DNA of 48,853 nucleotides from an uncultured Thermoplasmatales archaeon (GCA_964514975.1 CAZESS010000018.1:1-48853); one strand, 5' to 3'. Counted from the stretch's first letter, positions 37,931 through 47,878 are shown. Notes: generated from the sequence alone by a model not told the origin. Made by a program: numbers and translations.

Positions 37931-38797
37931 ATGGACGACACCGACCTGCTCGCCGTTCTCGCCATGGGCGGGCTTTTCCTGGCAGCGCAGTTCATCGCAC
38001 TCGCGGTTATCCATCCCTTCGAGGCGGCCGGAGTGCAGTTGTTCGAAAACCCGGATGACCCGGTCAACATCCTGCAGATCGTGCTCGTCGTCGTCGTGTT
38101 CACCGCCATAATATTGTTTATCGCCCGATATCGGAAGGACGCCGTCCGGTACCTTATCCTGTTCGTGTTTTTCTTTTCCCTGTTCTACATCTTCGAGGCA
38201 TTCCTGTACATCGCGGCGGGGCATGCGCTGGCATCGGCGCTCGGCGGGTTCGCCATCGCGCTTGGAGCCGTCGCCCTACTCGTCGTCCATCCCGAATGGT
38301 ATATCGTGGATGCCATCGGGGTGCTCATGGCGGGGGGCATCATCGCTATTTTTGGGACGTCGTTGTCCATCCCGCTCATCCTCGGATTGCTCGTCATCCT
38401 GGCCGTCTATGACGCCATCTCTGTGTACAAGACCAGGCACATGCTCAGCCTTGCGGACACCGTGGTCGGCGAGCACCTGCCCCTGCTCATGGTCGTTCCC
38501 AAGACCCGTGGCTACTCTTTTCTGGAGCAGGCGGAGCTCGATAAAAAGCGGGATGCATTGTTCATGGGTCTCGGCGACGCCATCATCCCGGGCATTTTGG
38601 GTGCAGCGGCGTTTCTCGAGGCCGGGCTGGCTGTCGCCCTTGTTACCATTCTTGGCGCCCTCGTCGGCTACTTTTTTCTCATGCGGGTTGCTGCATCGGG
38701 CAATCCACAGGCCGGGCTGCCATGTCTCAACGGCGGCGCCATCGCCGGATACATTGTCGCGAGTCTTGCCGTGCATGGCTCCATCATCGGGCTGTAG
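37931..38797 (+). CDS. Presenilin-family intramembrane aspartyl protease (PSH, A22)
   Basis: AVYDAISVYKTRHM, MGLGD, PQAGLPCLNGG. Confidence 0.93.
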   Translation: MDDTDLLAVLAMGGLFLAAQFIALAVIHPFEAAGVQLFENPDDPVNILQIVLVVVVFTAIILFIARYRKDAVRYLILFVFFFSLFYIFEAFLYIAAGHALASALGGFAIALGAVALLVVHPEWYIVDAIGVLMAGGIIAIFGTSLSIPLILGLLVILAVYDAISVYKTRHMLSLADTVVGEHLPLLMVVPKTRGYSFLEQAELDKKRDALFMGLGDAIIPGILGAAAFLEAGLAVALVTILGALVGYFFLMRVAASGNPQAGLPCLNGGAIAGYIVASLAVHGSIIGL

Positions 38798-38812
38798 CCC
38801 CTGCCGCAATGG

Positions 38813-39739
38813 CTAGGGATGCCAGCCGCAGCGCCGGCAGACGATGCGGTTGTGGTGGACGAGCGTGCCGCCGCATTCAGGGCATTCCAGCTCTCGGAGC
38901 AACGTCGACAGCCATGCCTCCTGTACCTCGGGCTCGTCGGCCGTCCGGACCCGTTTGAGCACCTCGCGCTCCCGGTCCGTGGTGACGATGGATGCGAGGC
39001 GCTCGAGCGGCAGCCGCTTCGTCGTAATATCGGGAGGCTTGCCTATCAGCACGGCCAAAAAAATCCCGGAGACAAGGCCGCCGATGTGAGCGAGATGGGC
39101 GACGCCGTCTGCGATGCCGCTGAACACGTAGAGCGTCTCCATACCGGCGAACACGAGCGTGGCGACGATGACCGGCATCCGGATGAACAGGACGATGAAG
39201 ACGGGCAAGGGCATGACCACCTGGTCTCGTGGATATAGGGCAGCGAAGCTTCCCAGGATGCCGAAAATCGCGCCGGATGCACCGACCAACATCTTGGTAC
39301 TCTCTATGCCTACCATTGGATCAAACACAGTGAAGAACAGGGCGCCGATGATGCCGGTGGCCACGTAGAGCACGAAAAACCGGGTGCTGCCGATGCGCTG
39401 CTCAAACGGGACGCCGACGAGGAGGAACACAATCATGTTCATCAGGATGTGGACGAAGTTGGCGTGGACGAACATCGAGGTGAACAGGGTGTAGAGCTGC
39501 GGTATGTCCTGCAGGTAGGACGGCTGAAATGCGAGCTCCTTGAACACCGTGGACTGCGCCGTTGAGAACGACAGCGTCGGCGAGGTCAGCATGAGCAGGA
39601 AAAAGATGACGAAGTTGACGACGATGATGGCCTGCGACATCAGGATGCGCTGCTTCGCCGCATAGGCCAGCCCGCCGATGATGATGAGAAACGCGATGAG
39701 CGACCCGTCGACGATGTGGCTGACCAGGATGTCAAGCAT
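38813..39739 (-). CDS. Rhomboid intramembrane serine protease with C-terminal Zn ribbon
   Basis: TSMFVH...HILMNM, GASGAIFG, AHLAHIGG, CPECG...CRRCG. Confidence 0.92.
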   Translation of the reverse strand: MLDILVSHIVDGSLIAFLIIIGGLAYAAKQRILMSQAIIVVNFVIFFLLMLTSPTLSFSTAQSTVFKELAFQPSYLQDIPQLYTLFTSMFVHANFVHILMNMIVFLLVGVPFEQRIGSTRFFVLYVATGIIGALFFTVFDPMVGIESTKMLVGASGAIFGILGSFAALYPRDQVVMPLPVFIVLFIRMPVIVATLVFAGMETLYVFSGIADGVAHLAHIGGLVSGIFLAVLIGKPPDITTKRLPLERLASIVTTDREREVLKRVRTADEPEVQEAWLSTLLRELECPECGGTLVHHNRIVCRRCGWHP

Positions 39740-39741
39740 GG

Positions 39742-41877
39742 CTAGCTCCTCCAGTGACGGACGAGGATGCCGACGGCGGATGTCCAGACCATGATGACGG
39801 CGACCAGTTTGACATGTCCATAGTGTATCACCTGCGGGTGCTCCTCCTCTTCTCCAGCAAGATGCCAGTCGTGGTTAAATAACTTTGCGAAATATGTTGC
39901 CACCTCCCGGTTTTCGACGATGATGCCTATCTCCCGGTTGTGGCAGACCGCATTTTCATTCCAGTTTATCGAGGATATCAGGGTGGCGTTGTCCACGACG
40001 GCTCCCTTGGTGTGCACGTTGACCAGCGGCGACCGGTTGGTGTACAAAAAACGGGTTGAAATGTTCCTCGCTTCGAGATATGCACGGGTTGCATTGTTGT
40101 CCCGGCAGGAGGTGGTGTAGGAGGGATGCTGGTTGAGCAGCACCCTTATGTCGCTGCAGGTATCTCGCCGTTCGGCTACGGCGGCGAGCAGCGGGTTGCA
40201 TCCCTCGCTCCACCAGGGCTCGATGGATGCCTGCTCGACGAGGATGCGCCGCTGCGCCCCCGAAAGCATTGTCGTGATGGCCCGCTCGGCGTTATCGGGC
40301 GCTACAATCAGGGTGCAGGTAAATGTGCCGTGGATGGTGCGCGCCGCATAGCGGGCCTGGTAGTCTCCCTCTGGCGGCCACCGGGGCGGCAGATACAGCG
40401 ACGGTGGTGCTCCATAGGTCGCGTTGGAGGCGTTGAAGGACACGACATCCCGCCCCGTGTGGTCGTTCAGGAGCAGCCAGCGGGCGAAGCCGGCCAGGGT
40501 GTCGTTGTGGAGCATGATGCCCCATTCCCGGTTGCCGTATCCCGGCGTGGGCGGCATGCCGGTCGTACCCCAGTTTGCGGAGGCGACCAGGAGGGTGTGG
40601 TTGTCCACGACGGCGTATTTTGCATGGTTGTAATGGTAGCGCCGTTTGCCATCGCCCTCGTATATGTACCGGACGGTTCCGCCCGCCCCGGCGACCCGTG
40701 CGGCCATGTGTCGCTGTTTCATGCTCAGCCCGCCGACCGGCTGCCCCTCGAGCAGCAGGGTGACGGAGACGTTGCGCGCCAGTGCGTTGCAGAGGGCGTC
40801 GCAGAGCCAGGGGCTGGTGAACGTGTACAGGTTGAGGTAGATGCTCTCCGAGGCACGGTCGATTGCCTCTCGCACCGTGGAAAACGCGTTGTCCGGCGAT
40901 GCGAAGACGGTGACGTTTCCCGTAAATGTTACCCGGCGGGGCTGCCATGACGAGGCGCCCAGGGGATGGCGGTGCCAGTCGGTGCTGTCGTTGCTGTCCA
41001 GTGTCCGGGGATGCCGGGCCAGGACAACGCCCGCATCTGGAGCTTCCAGCGGCGGGCCATGCCAGCCCGTGCAGTTTTGCGCATCGCCGTAGACGACGGT
41101 GTCGATGGTGTGATTGTAGCCATCTTTGAGGCAGAGCCTGGCGCCGTCATTGGAGAGAATGAACCATCCATGTTCCTCCAGAGATGGAACGTTGCTGCCG
41201 TCGCCGTATACGTAGTCTGCCGTGATGCCGGTGGCAGCATGGTAGGCCGTGGCGTTTTGCGTGATGTGGAGCGTTGCATGCGGGTCCAGATGGATGTTCG
41301 GGAAGACCACCCGGGTTTGTTCGTCCGGCCGTTGCTGCGGCGTGGTGGTCAGCCGCCAGTTGTACAGGTTGACTGCCGTATCGCTTGGATTGTGGATGCA
41401 GACATGCTCAGTCTGCTCATTTGGCCAGGGATGCGGATACAGCCGGGATATCAGCAGCCGTTGCTCCGGAGGTCGTGGCCGTGCAGGGCGGACATGCACC
41501 TCGGTCATGGCGACGTTGTTGCTCTGGTTGTCATCCATCATGTCTACACGGGCAAGGAGGGTATGGGTGCCCGTGACACCGGTTGTATCCCATGTGATGC
41601 TGGGCCGCCTGTACACGTTGACGGTGTCATAGCAGCATCGTCCGATACGGGATGCCGGGTCGACGCTGTCGAGGTAAAAGGAAACAGTGACGTTCGACAC
41701 CATGCTGGCCCCCGGATTGTTCACCCTGGCGGAGACGGTGGGCATCGCTCCCTCCCTGACCGAGCAGGGTGCCCGTATCCATGCCATTTCAAGGTCGACG
41801 GCGTCGCCGTCCGCCGACGGCACGAGTGGGAGCAGGAGGAGCAGGACGATGACGACGCATGTGGCGTTCCATTTCAT
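39742..41877 (-). CDS. Membrane-anchored phospholipase D-family protein (CARDB + lamin-tail-like + 2 HKD)
   Basis: Signal peptide, HAKYAVVD, HTKGAVVD, SANW/SINW, NRE.G, C-terminal TM. Confidence 0.87.
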   Translation of the reverse strand: MKWNATCVVIVLLLLLPLVPSADGDAVDLEMAWIRAPCSVREGAMPTVSARVNNPGASMVSNVTVSFYLDSVDPASRIGRCCYDTVNVYRRPSITWDTTGVTGTHTLLARVDMMDDNQSNNVAMTEVHVRPARPRPPEQRLLISRLYPHPWPNEQTEHVCIHNPSDTAVNLYNWRLTTTPQQRPDEQTRVVFPNIHLDPHATLHITQNATAYHAATGITADYVYGDGSNVPSLEEHGWFILSNDGARLCLKDGYNHTIDTVVYGDAQNCTGWHGPPLEAPDAGVVLARHPRTLDSNDSTDWHRHPLGASSWQPRRVTFTGNVTVFASPDNAFSTVREAIDRASESIYLNLYTFTSPWLCDALCNALARNVSVTLLLEGQPVGGLSMKQRHMAARVAGAGGTVRYIYEGDGKRRYHYNHAKYAVVDNHTLLVASANWGTTGMPPTPGYGNREWGIMLHNDTLAGFARWLLLNDHTGRDVVSFNASNATYGAPPSLYLPPRWPPEGDYQARYAARTIHGTFTCTLIVAPDNAERAITTMLSGAQRRILVEQASIEPWWSEGCNPLLAAVAERRDTCSDIRVLLNQHPSYTTSCRDNNATRAYLEARNISTRFLYTNRSPLVNVHTKGAVVDNATLISSINWNENAVCHNREIGIIVENREVATYFAKLFNHDWHLAGEEEEHPQVIHYGHVKLVAVIMVWTSAVGILVRHWRS

Positions 41878-41893
41878 CGTACCGCGAGGGATG

Positions 41894-41968
41894 CGGGCCC
41901 GAGGGGATTCGAACCCCTGTTCTACAGCTTAGGAGGCTGTCGCCCTGTCCAGGCTGGGCCACGAGCCC
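41894..41968 (-). tRNA. tRNA-Arg(CCT)
   Basis: Reverse complement: GGGCTCG acceptor, ACAGC-CT-CCT-AA-GCTGT anticodon arm, AGGGG-TTCGAAT-CCCCT T-arm, CGGGCCC-G 3' end. Confidence 0.93.
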
Positions 41969-42067
41969 ACGGGCGATATAATAGCCGTGAATTATTAAGT
42001 GTTGCCAAAACAGTCACATCTGACGTATCCCGTCGTCCCCGATATCCGCCCGTGTCAGCCCGGCATG

Positions 42068-42508
42068 CTATTCCCGGACGACCATTACGGGGCCGTCGGC
42101 GTGATGCATGACCTTTTCCGACACGGAGCCGATGAGAATGCGGTCCAGGGCGGTCATGCCCTTGCTGCCCATCACGATGAGGTCGTCGCCGTCGGCGAGC
42201 TCGATAATCTCATGGTCGGGGATGCCCTCAACCATTTTTTTCTCGACCGTCACGTTTTCCTCCAGGGCCATACTCTCTATCTCGTCGAGCGCCGCCAGTC
42301 CTTCTTTTTCCAGGAAGGCGTCGATGTCAAACGAGCCGAGCTCCTCAGGCGAGGGAATCTTGGCGATGAGCGAGGAGTCAACGACGTAGAGCGCGACCAC
42401 CGGCACCCCGAGATGTTTTGCGAGATAGATGGCGGTCCGCGCCGCTTTTTTCGCCCCCTCCGAGCCGTCGATGGGCGCGATGATCCGCTTGAATACTTGT
42501 GCCATCAT
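42068..42508 (-). CDS. Universal stress protein (UspA family)
   Basis: FKRIIAPIDGS, DLIVMGSKG...IGSVSEKVMHHADGPVMVV. Confidence 0.93.
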   Translation of the reverse strand: MMAQVFKRIIAPIDGSEGAKKAARTAIYLAKHLGVPVVALYVVDSSLIAKIPSPEELGSFDIDAFLEKEGLAALDEIESMALEENVTVEKKMVEGIPDHEIIELADGDDLIVMGSKGMTALDRILIGSVSEKVMHHADGPVMVVRE

Positions 42509-42542
42509 AGGATAAATGGCCGGCGGCATTTAAATGTATGCG

Positions 42543-43697
42543 CTACAGCCCTGCCTCGTCGCGGAGCACCGGCGCCAGGTCGGTTTTCTCCCAGGTAAAA
42601 TCGGGGTCGCTGCGGCCGAAATGCCCGTAGTTGCTCGTCTTCCGGTAGATGGGGCGCAGGAGGTCGAGCTGCTCGATGATGCCCTTCGGCGTGGTCTCGA
42701 AATGCTCGTCCACCAGGTCGAGGATGTGTTCGGTGGGGATGCGCCCGGTGTCGAAGGTGTCGATCATCAGGGAGAGTGGCTCCGTGATGCCGATGACGTA
42801 GGAGAGCTGCACCTCGCACTTGTCGCAGATGCCTCCGGCAACGAGGTTCTTGGCGATGTAGCGTGCCATATATGCCGCGGACTTGTCGACCTTGGTGGGG
42901 TCCTTGCCGGAGAACGCGCCGCCGCCATGTCCTGCGACGCCGCCATAGGTGTCAGCGATGATTTTCCGCCCGGTCATGCCCACGTCCGCAACGGGGCCTC
43001 CCTTGACGAACCGGCCGGTGTTGTTGATATAAAAGCTCGTATCTTCGGTGAGCCAGTCGGCGCAGACGGGTTCGATGACCTCCCGCTGGATGTCCTCCCG
43101 GAGCCTGTTCAGCCCGACGCCGTCATCGTGCTGCGCCGCCACGACCACCGAGGTCAGATATTCCGGCTGGCCGTTTTCATAGCTGGCGGTCACCTGGGTC
43201 TTGCCGTCGGGCCGCAGATATGGCAGCACGCCCTCCTTTCGGACCTGTTCGAGGCGCCGGGCGAGCTTGTGCGCCATCATGATGGTCAGCGGCATGTATT
43301 CATCCGTCTCCGTGGTGGCATAGCCCGACATCATGCCCTGGTCGCCGGCGCCGATGTCATCCTGCCTGTTGACGCCCTGCGCGATGTCCTCCGACTGGCT
43401 GTGGATGCTGGTGAGCACCCCGACCGTGTTGTAGTCAAACCCGTAGGAGGGCTTGTCGTAGCCGACGTCGGCGATGACGTTCCGCACGATTTCGGGAATC
43501 TCAACATATGCCTCCGTGGTTATCTCGCCGCTGACGATAACGAAGCCCATCCCCGCCATGGTCTCGCAGGCCACCCTTGCATCGGTGTCCTGCTCGAGTA
43601 TCTCGTCGAGCACCGTGTCGCTTATCTTGTCACATACCTTGTCCGGATGCCCCGCCGCCATGGACTCTGAGGTAAACAGAAAGTTTCCCTTCTTCAT
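42543..43697 (-). CDS. metK: Methionine adenosyltransferase, bacterial/eukaryotic type
   Basis: [59 protein letters not shown]. Confidence 0.95.
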   Translation of the reverse strand: MKKGNFLFTSESMAAGHPDKVCDKISDTVLDEILEQDTDARVACETMAGMGFVIVSGEITTEAYVEIPEIVRNVIADVGYDKPSYGFDYNTVGVLTSIHSQSEDIAQGVNRQDDIGAGDQGMMSGYATTETDEYMPLTIMMAHKLARRLEQVRKEGVLPYLRPDGKTQVTASYENGQPEYLTSVVVAAQHDDGVGLNRLREDIQREVIEPVCADWLTEDTSFYINNTGRFVKGGPVADVGMTGRKIIADTYGGVAGHGGGAFSGKDPTKVDKSAAYMARYIAKNLVAGGICDKCEVQLSYVIGITEPLSLMIDTFDTGRIPTEHILDLVDEHFETTPKGIIEQLDLLRPIYRKTSNYGHFGRSDPDFTWEKTDLAPVLRDEAGL

Positions 43698-43782
43698 GAC
43701 CCGGAATAAAGCGCGGCAATATTAATGTAATGGTACGGGGCTAGATGCGCTCCTCCCGTCTGGTCAGGTAATAGCGCTGGAG

Positions 43783-44312
43783 ATGCGGGGGAAAATCCCG
43801 GTGGGGGACCTGAAGTTCTACCTGGACTTCCTTGAAGGCAAATCCGTCAGAGTCTACTGCGGTCCGCGGGGGGAGCGCTCCGAGATGGCCGTCAGGTTTC
43901 TCAGGGAGAACGGCATCGACGCATCGGGGGTACCGCCCGATGAGCTGGACGAGTACGAGATGGAGGGTGAGCCCATGGTGGTGGCTATCAACTATCTCTC
44001 CGTCAAGCCGGGACACGAAGAGGAATCCGAGGAACAGGTGGGGGACCTGTGCATGGACACCATGGACAAGGAGGGCTTCATCGGCACCAAGGTCGTCCGG
44101 GCCACCGATATCTCATTCGGCGGCTCCATACTCCACGGCGACTACCATGAAATCGAAATCAAGCCGGCCAAGTATATTATGCTGACCTACTGGAAAAGCC
44201 GGGAGGCGCATGAGACGTTCCATGAACACGATGACATCATGCAGGCTTCAAGGAGATGATGCCGCATATCGCCGTGATGCCCTACGAGGAGTTCGCGGAA
44301 ATCCTGCATTAG
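43783..44312 (+). pseudogene. Rhodanese-like + sulfur oxygenase reductase (SOR)-like/ABM-fold fusion, 1-nt frameshift near 44245
   Basis: VYCGPRGERS rhodanese loop, then VVAIN, LCMDT...GFIG, TYWKSREAHETFH. The C-terminus FKEMMPHIAVMPYEEFAEILH* continues in the shifted frame (44247-44312). Confidence 0.65.
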
Positions 44313-44379
44313 CGGCAGTCGCTGCTGCCGCCGCGGGCATACCACACACCAGTAACCCTATATAGAAAACAGCGATAGA

Positions 44380-45381
44380 ATGGCGATGGAATCCCGCTGT
44401 ATAGCGGTGCCCCGGCAGGAGGCAGAGGCCGTCAGGCAGCAGCTGATCGAGCAGGGCGTGCTGCGCACCGATCTTGACATACAGAGCGACGACAGATACG
44501 TCTACCTGCCCGTCTCTGCACCGGTGGATATTTTCCCCGGGGAGATGCAGCATAGAAATTTCGAGAAACGGGAACGAACGCCCGACCTCCAGGACCTGCT
44601 CGCCGACAGGCTGCCGCAGGACGTGTCGCTGTCCTCCTTCGACGTCATCGGCGACATTGCCATCGTCCGCATCCCCGACGAGGCGCTGCCATATACCGAG
44701 CAAATCGGCGAGGCAATTCTGGCGACGCATTCCAGCATCAACGTGGTCTGCCGCGACCGGGGGGTCAAAGACGAATACCGGGTTCGGGATGTCGAGGTCA
44801 TCGCCGGGGAGCAGCGCACCGAGACCATCCATGTGGAATACGGGACCGAGCTTGCCGTTGATGTCGCCATGGTCTATTTTTCGCCGCGGCTGGCCACGGA
44901 ACGGAAACGCGTCGCCGACCAGGTCATGCCGGGTGACGTGGTCATCGACATGTTCGCCGGCGTCGCACCGTTTTCCATCCTTGCCGCACGGCTGGCGCAG
45001 CCTTCGCATGTCTACGCCATCGACGTCAACCCCGCTGCTGCAGCATACGCCCGGCGCAACGTGCAGCGGAACAACGTCGCCGATGTCGTGGAGGTCATCC
45101 AGGGTGACGCGGCAGTAGTTGTCCCCCATCTTGGCCATGCAAATCACGTCATCATGAACCTGCCACATCGCGCCGACGAGTTTTTTTCGCTGGCGGTCAA
45201 CGCCGGGGACATCGTGCATTACTACGACATCGTCGAAAAAGATAGGGTGAAGCGATGTCTGGACTGGCTTGTCGAGAGGGCTGCCGGAGAAGATAAAAAA
45301 GCCGTGGTGCAGAGCTGGCGACAGATCGGCACCTACTCGCCGGTGCAGATAAAAATCGGCGTCGACCTGGCTATCGAGTGA
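44380..45381 (+). CDS. Trm5/Tyw2-family tRNA methyltransferase (class I SAM-dependent)
   Basis: SFDVIGDIAIV, ETIHVEYG, VYFSPRLATER, DMFAGVAPF, IDVNP, IMNLP. Confidence 0.9.
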   Translation: MAMESRCIAVPRQEAEAVRQQLIEQGVLRTDLDIQSDDRYVYLPVSAPVDIFPGEMQHRNFEKRERTPDLQDLLADRLPQDVSLSSFDVIGDIAIVRIPDEALPYTEQIGEAILATHSSINVVCRDRGVKDEYRVRDVEVIAGEQRTETIHVEYGTELAVDVAMVYFSPRLATERKRVADQVMPGDVVIDMFAGVAPFSILAARLAQPSHVYAIDVNPAAAAYARRNVQRNNVADVVEVIQGDAAVVVPHLGHANHVIMNLPHRADEFFSLAVNAGDIVHYYDIVEKDRVKRCLDWLVERAAGEDKKAVVQSWRQIGTYSPVQIKIGVDLAIE

Positions 45382-46423
45382 AATACCGGTGGGCGCGCTC
45401 CGCAGCGACGGCGATGAGACGGGCGCCGCGCTCCAGATCCGTGAGGTCGATGACCTCGACGCCGGAATGCATGTAGCGGGTGGGAACGCCGATGACGCCG
45501 CTGGGGATGCCCGCCCGGGCGAGATGGATGGCCGTCGCATCGGTGGTGCCGCCGGCTGACACGTCGAGCTGGATGTCAATGTTGCTGTCCCTGGCCGTGT
45601 CTTCTATCCAGGACAGCACGGGTGACGGTGTTATCAGGCCGCGGCCGGATGCATCGGTGACCGTCACCGCGGGACCCTCGCCGAGCTGGAGCGCCGACTC
45701 CTTTTTCTCGATACCGGGATGATCGCCGGCGAGCGCCGTTTCGCTGACCAGCGCCACGTCGGGATCCAGGCCATATGCGGAGGTTTTCGCTCCCTTGAGC
45801 CCGACTTCCTCCTGGACGGTGCCGACGGCGTAGAGTGTCGCATCGCCGGTATAGCACCGCACAGCCTCGATCATCATGGCCATGCCCGCGCGGTCGTCGA
45901 GCGCCTTGCCGGTCAGCCTGCCGTTTTGGAGCAGGTGGAAGCGCGGCTGCAGCGTGATAGGGGTGCCGGGGCGGACGCCGAGTGCTTCGACGGCCTCCCG
46001 GCCATCGGCGCCGATGTCGATGAACATGTCTTTTGCCTTGATGGTTTTTTCCTGCTCCTCTTTTTCCATGAGATGTGGGGGCTTGGAGCCGATGACGCCG
46101 TGGATGTCGCCCTTCTTTGTATGGAGGGTGACGCTGTTGTTGAGCAGCGTCTGGTCGAACCAGCCGCCGAAGGTGACGAAGCGGATGAAGCCATCGTCGT
46201 CGATGTACTTGGCCATCAGCCCGATTTCGTCCATGTGGGCCGCTAGCATTACTGCGGGGCTGCCACCGTTTTTGACGGCGATGAGATTGCCCATCCGGTC
46301 GTAGCGTATCTCGTCGACCATGTTCTCCAGTGCTGCATGTGCGGCCTCGCGCACCCTGTCCTCGTACCCGGAAATGCCCGGTGCGTTGGAGAGCGAGGCG
46401 AGTAGTTCTACACGTTCGTCCAT
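45371..46423 (-). CDS. M42 (TET) aminopeptidase
   Basis: GISGYE, AAHMDEIG, KALDDRAG, VQEEVGLKGA, GGTTDA, RYMHS. Confidence 0.94.
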   Translation of the reverse strand: MDERVELLASLSNAPGISGYEDRVREAAHAALENMVDEIRYDRMGNLIAVKNGGSPAVMLAAHMDEIGLMAKYIDDDGFIRFVTFGGWFDQTLLNNSVTLHTKKGDIHGVIGSKPPHLMEKEEQEKTIKAKDMFIDIGADGREAVEALGVRPGTPITLQPRFHLLQNGRLTGKALDDRAGMAMMIEAVRCYTGDATLYAVGTVQEEVGLKGAKTSAYGLDPDVALVSETALAGDHPGIEKKESALQLGEGPAVTVTDASGRGLITPSPVLSWIEDTARDSNIDIQLDVSAGGTTDATAIHLARAGIPSGVIGVPTRYMHSGVEVIDLTDLERGARLIAVAAERAHRYFTR

Positions 46424-46554
46424 GAGAGGCAAAGCCACAGAGCGTATTTAAATGTTTAAGCGTCTGCTCTGTGGCGCCACCAGGCACGGGAAAGCACAAA
46501 CTTTTTATATACCGCGGACATACACTCTTTCCGGACGGTTTTCGAGGTGTCCCT

Positions 46555-46752
46555 GTGGAGTATACACGGCTAGAAAAAGCACGCATTATCGGCGCACGAG
46601 CCCTTCAGATATCGATGGGTGCACCCCTGCTCATCAAGCAGCCCGAGGAAAAATTCACGTCTGTCGACCTGGCGTTACGGGAGCTTGAACAGGGCGTCAT
46701 TCCCATGACGGTAAAACGAAAAGGAAAAATTATAAAAGGTCCGGTCGTATAG
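46555..46752 (+). CDS. rpoK: DNA-directed RNA polymerase subunit K (Rpo6)
   Basis: YTRLEKARIIGARALQISMGAP...IPMTVKR. GTG start after SD GAGGTG. Confidence 0.95.
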   Translation: MEYTRLEKARIIGARALQISMGAPLLIKQPEEKFTSVDLALRELEQGVIPMTVKRKGKIIKGPVV

Positions 46753-46762
46753 GGGCGATTAC

Positions 46763-47392
46763 ATGGCTGAAACCATCGACGAAACCGAAACCGAAGACAA
46801 CGGCATGCTCGTATCCGAGGAAATGTACATCTCATCAGGTGCCGAGATCGGCACCCAGCAAAAAACAGCTTTTATGAAACCCTTTATCTCAAAGGTCAGA
46901 AACGACGGCCTGTATCTCATCGACATCGCCGAAACAGACCGGCGTATCAAGCAGGCAGCCCAGATGCTTGCACAGTATGACCCCAACCATGTCCTGGCGG
47001 TGGCGGTGCGGCAGTATGCCCATAAGCCGCTTTCAATGCTGGCGGAGGTCACCGGCATCAAGGCGCAGCCCGGCCGCTTCCTGCCCGGGACTCTCACCAA
47101 TCCAGATTCGGACACCTACCTGGAGCCCGACATCATCCTGCTGACAGACCCCATCGGCGACCATCAGACGCTCAAGGAAGCCGTGACCGCAGGCATCCCC
47201 GTTATTGCGCTCTGCGACACCAACAACATCACCAAGTATGTCGACCTGATCGTCCCGGTGAACAACAAGGGACGGAAATCGCTGGCGCTGACATACTGGC
47301 TGCTCGCCAGGGAGATTTTGAAGGCACGTGGCGTAATTGAGAGCAACGACGAGTTCGAGCTCCAGCCAGAGGACATGGAAGCCGAGCTGTAA
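46763..47392 (+). CDS. rps2: 30S ribosomal protein S2 (uS2)
   Basis: IGTQQKT, RNDGLY, GRFLPGTLTNP, ALCDTNN, PVNNKGRKSLAL.YWLLARE. Confidence 0.96.
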   Translation: MAETIDETETEDNGMLVSEEMYISSGAEIGTQQKTAFMKPFISKVRNDGLYLIDIAETDRRIKQAAQMLAQYDPNHVLAVAVRQYAHKPLSMLAEVTGIKAQPGRFLPGTLTNPDSDTYLEPDIILLTDPIGDHQTLKEAVTAGIPVIALCDTNNITKYVDLIVPVNNKGRKSLALTYWLLAREILKARGVIESNDEFELQPEDMEAEL

Positions 47393-47453
47393 TCGTTTTC
47401 GCGGCTCGCAGATGGCCCACATATTTATATAGGAAGTCCATATTCACCGTGCT

Positions 47454-47876
47454 ATGGCGCGGATGCATTCACGTAAAAAGGGCACCTCTTCGTCGACGCA
47501 TCCAGTCGAACGAACCCATCCCGAATGGTCGATGAACGCCACGGACATCGAAAAACGCATCGTGGAGCTCGCCCGCGAGGGACAGCCACCGGCACAAATC
47601 GGCATCACGCTCAGAGATAGCTATGGCGTCCCCGACGTTAGAGCGGCGCTCGGCAAAAAAATGAGCGACGTGCTCGCCGAGCACGACCTGCAGGGCGACA
47701 TGCCCGAGGACCTCGAAAACCTGATGGTGAAACGGGAAAACCTCCGGGAGCATCTCGCCGAAAACCGCCGCGACATCGAAAACCGCCGCAACCTCTACCT
47801 GATAGATGCGAAAATCAGGCGGCTGCTGAAATACTACAAGCGTGAGGGCGTCATCTCGCCGGACTTCCGCCTGTAA
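47454..47876 (+). CDS. rps15: 30S ribosomal protein S15 (uS15/S13e)
   Basis: MARMHSRKKG.S.S, IG..LRD.YGVPDV, PEDLENL, IRRLLKYYK. Confidence 0.96.
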   Translation: MARMHSRKKGTSSSTHPVERTHPEWSMNATDIEKRIVELAREGQPPAQIGITLRDSYGVPDVRAALGKKMSDVLAEHDLQGDMPEDLENLMVKRENLREHLAENRRDIENRRNLYLIDAKIRRLLKYYKREGVISPDFRL

Positions 47877-47878
47877 CA

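Noticed and set aside
44257-44259. Selenocysteine or stop readthrough at TGA in the SOR-like gene
   Set aside because: The homologous C-terminus continues in a different frame, so an indel explains it.
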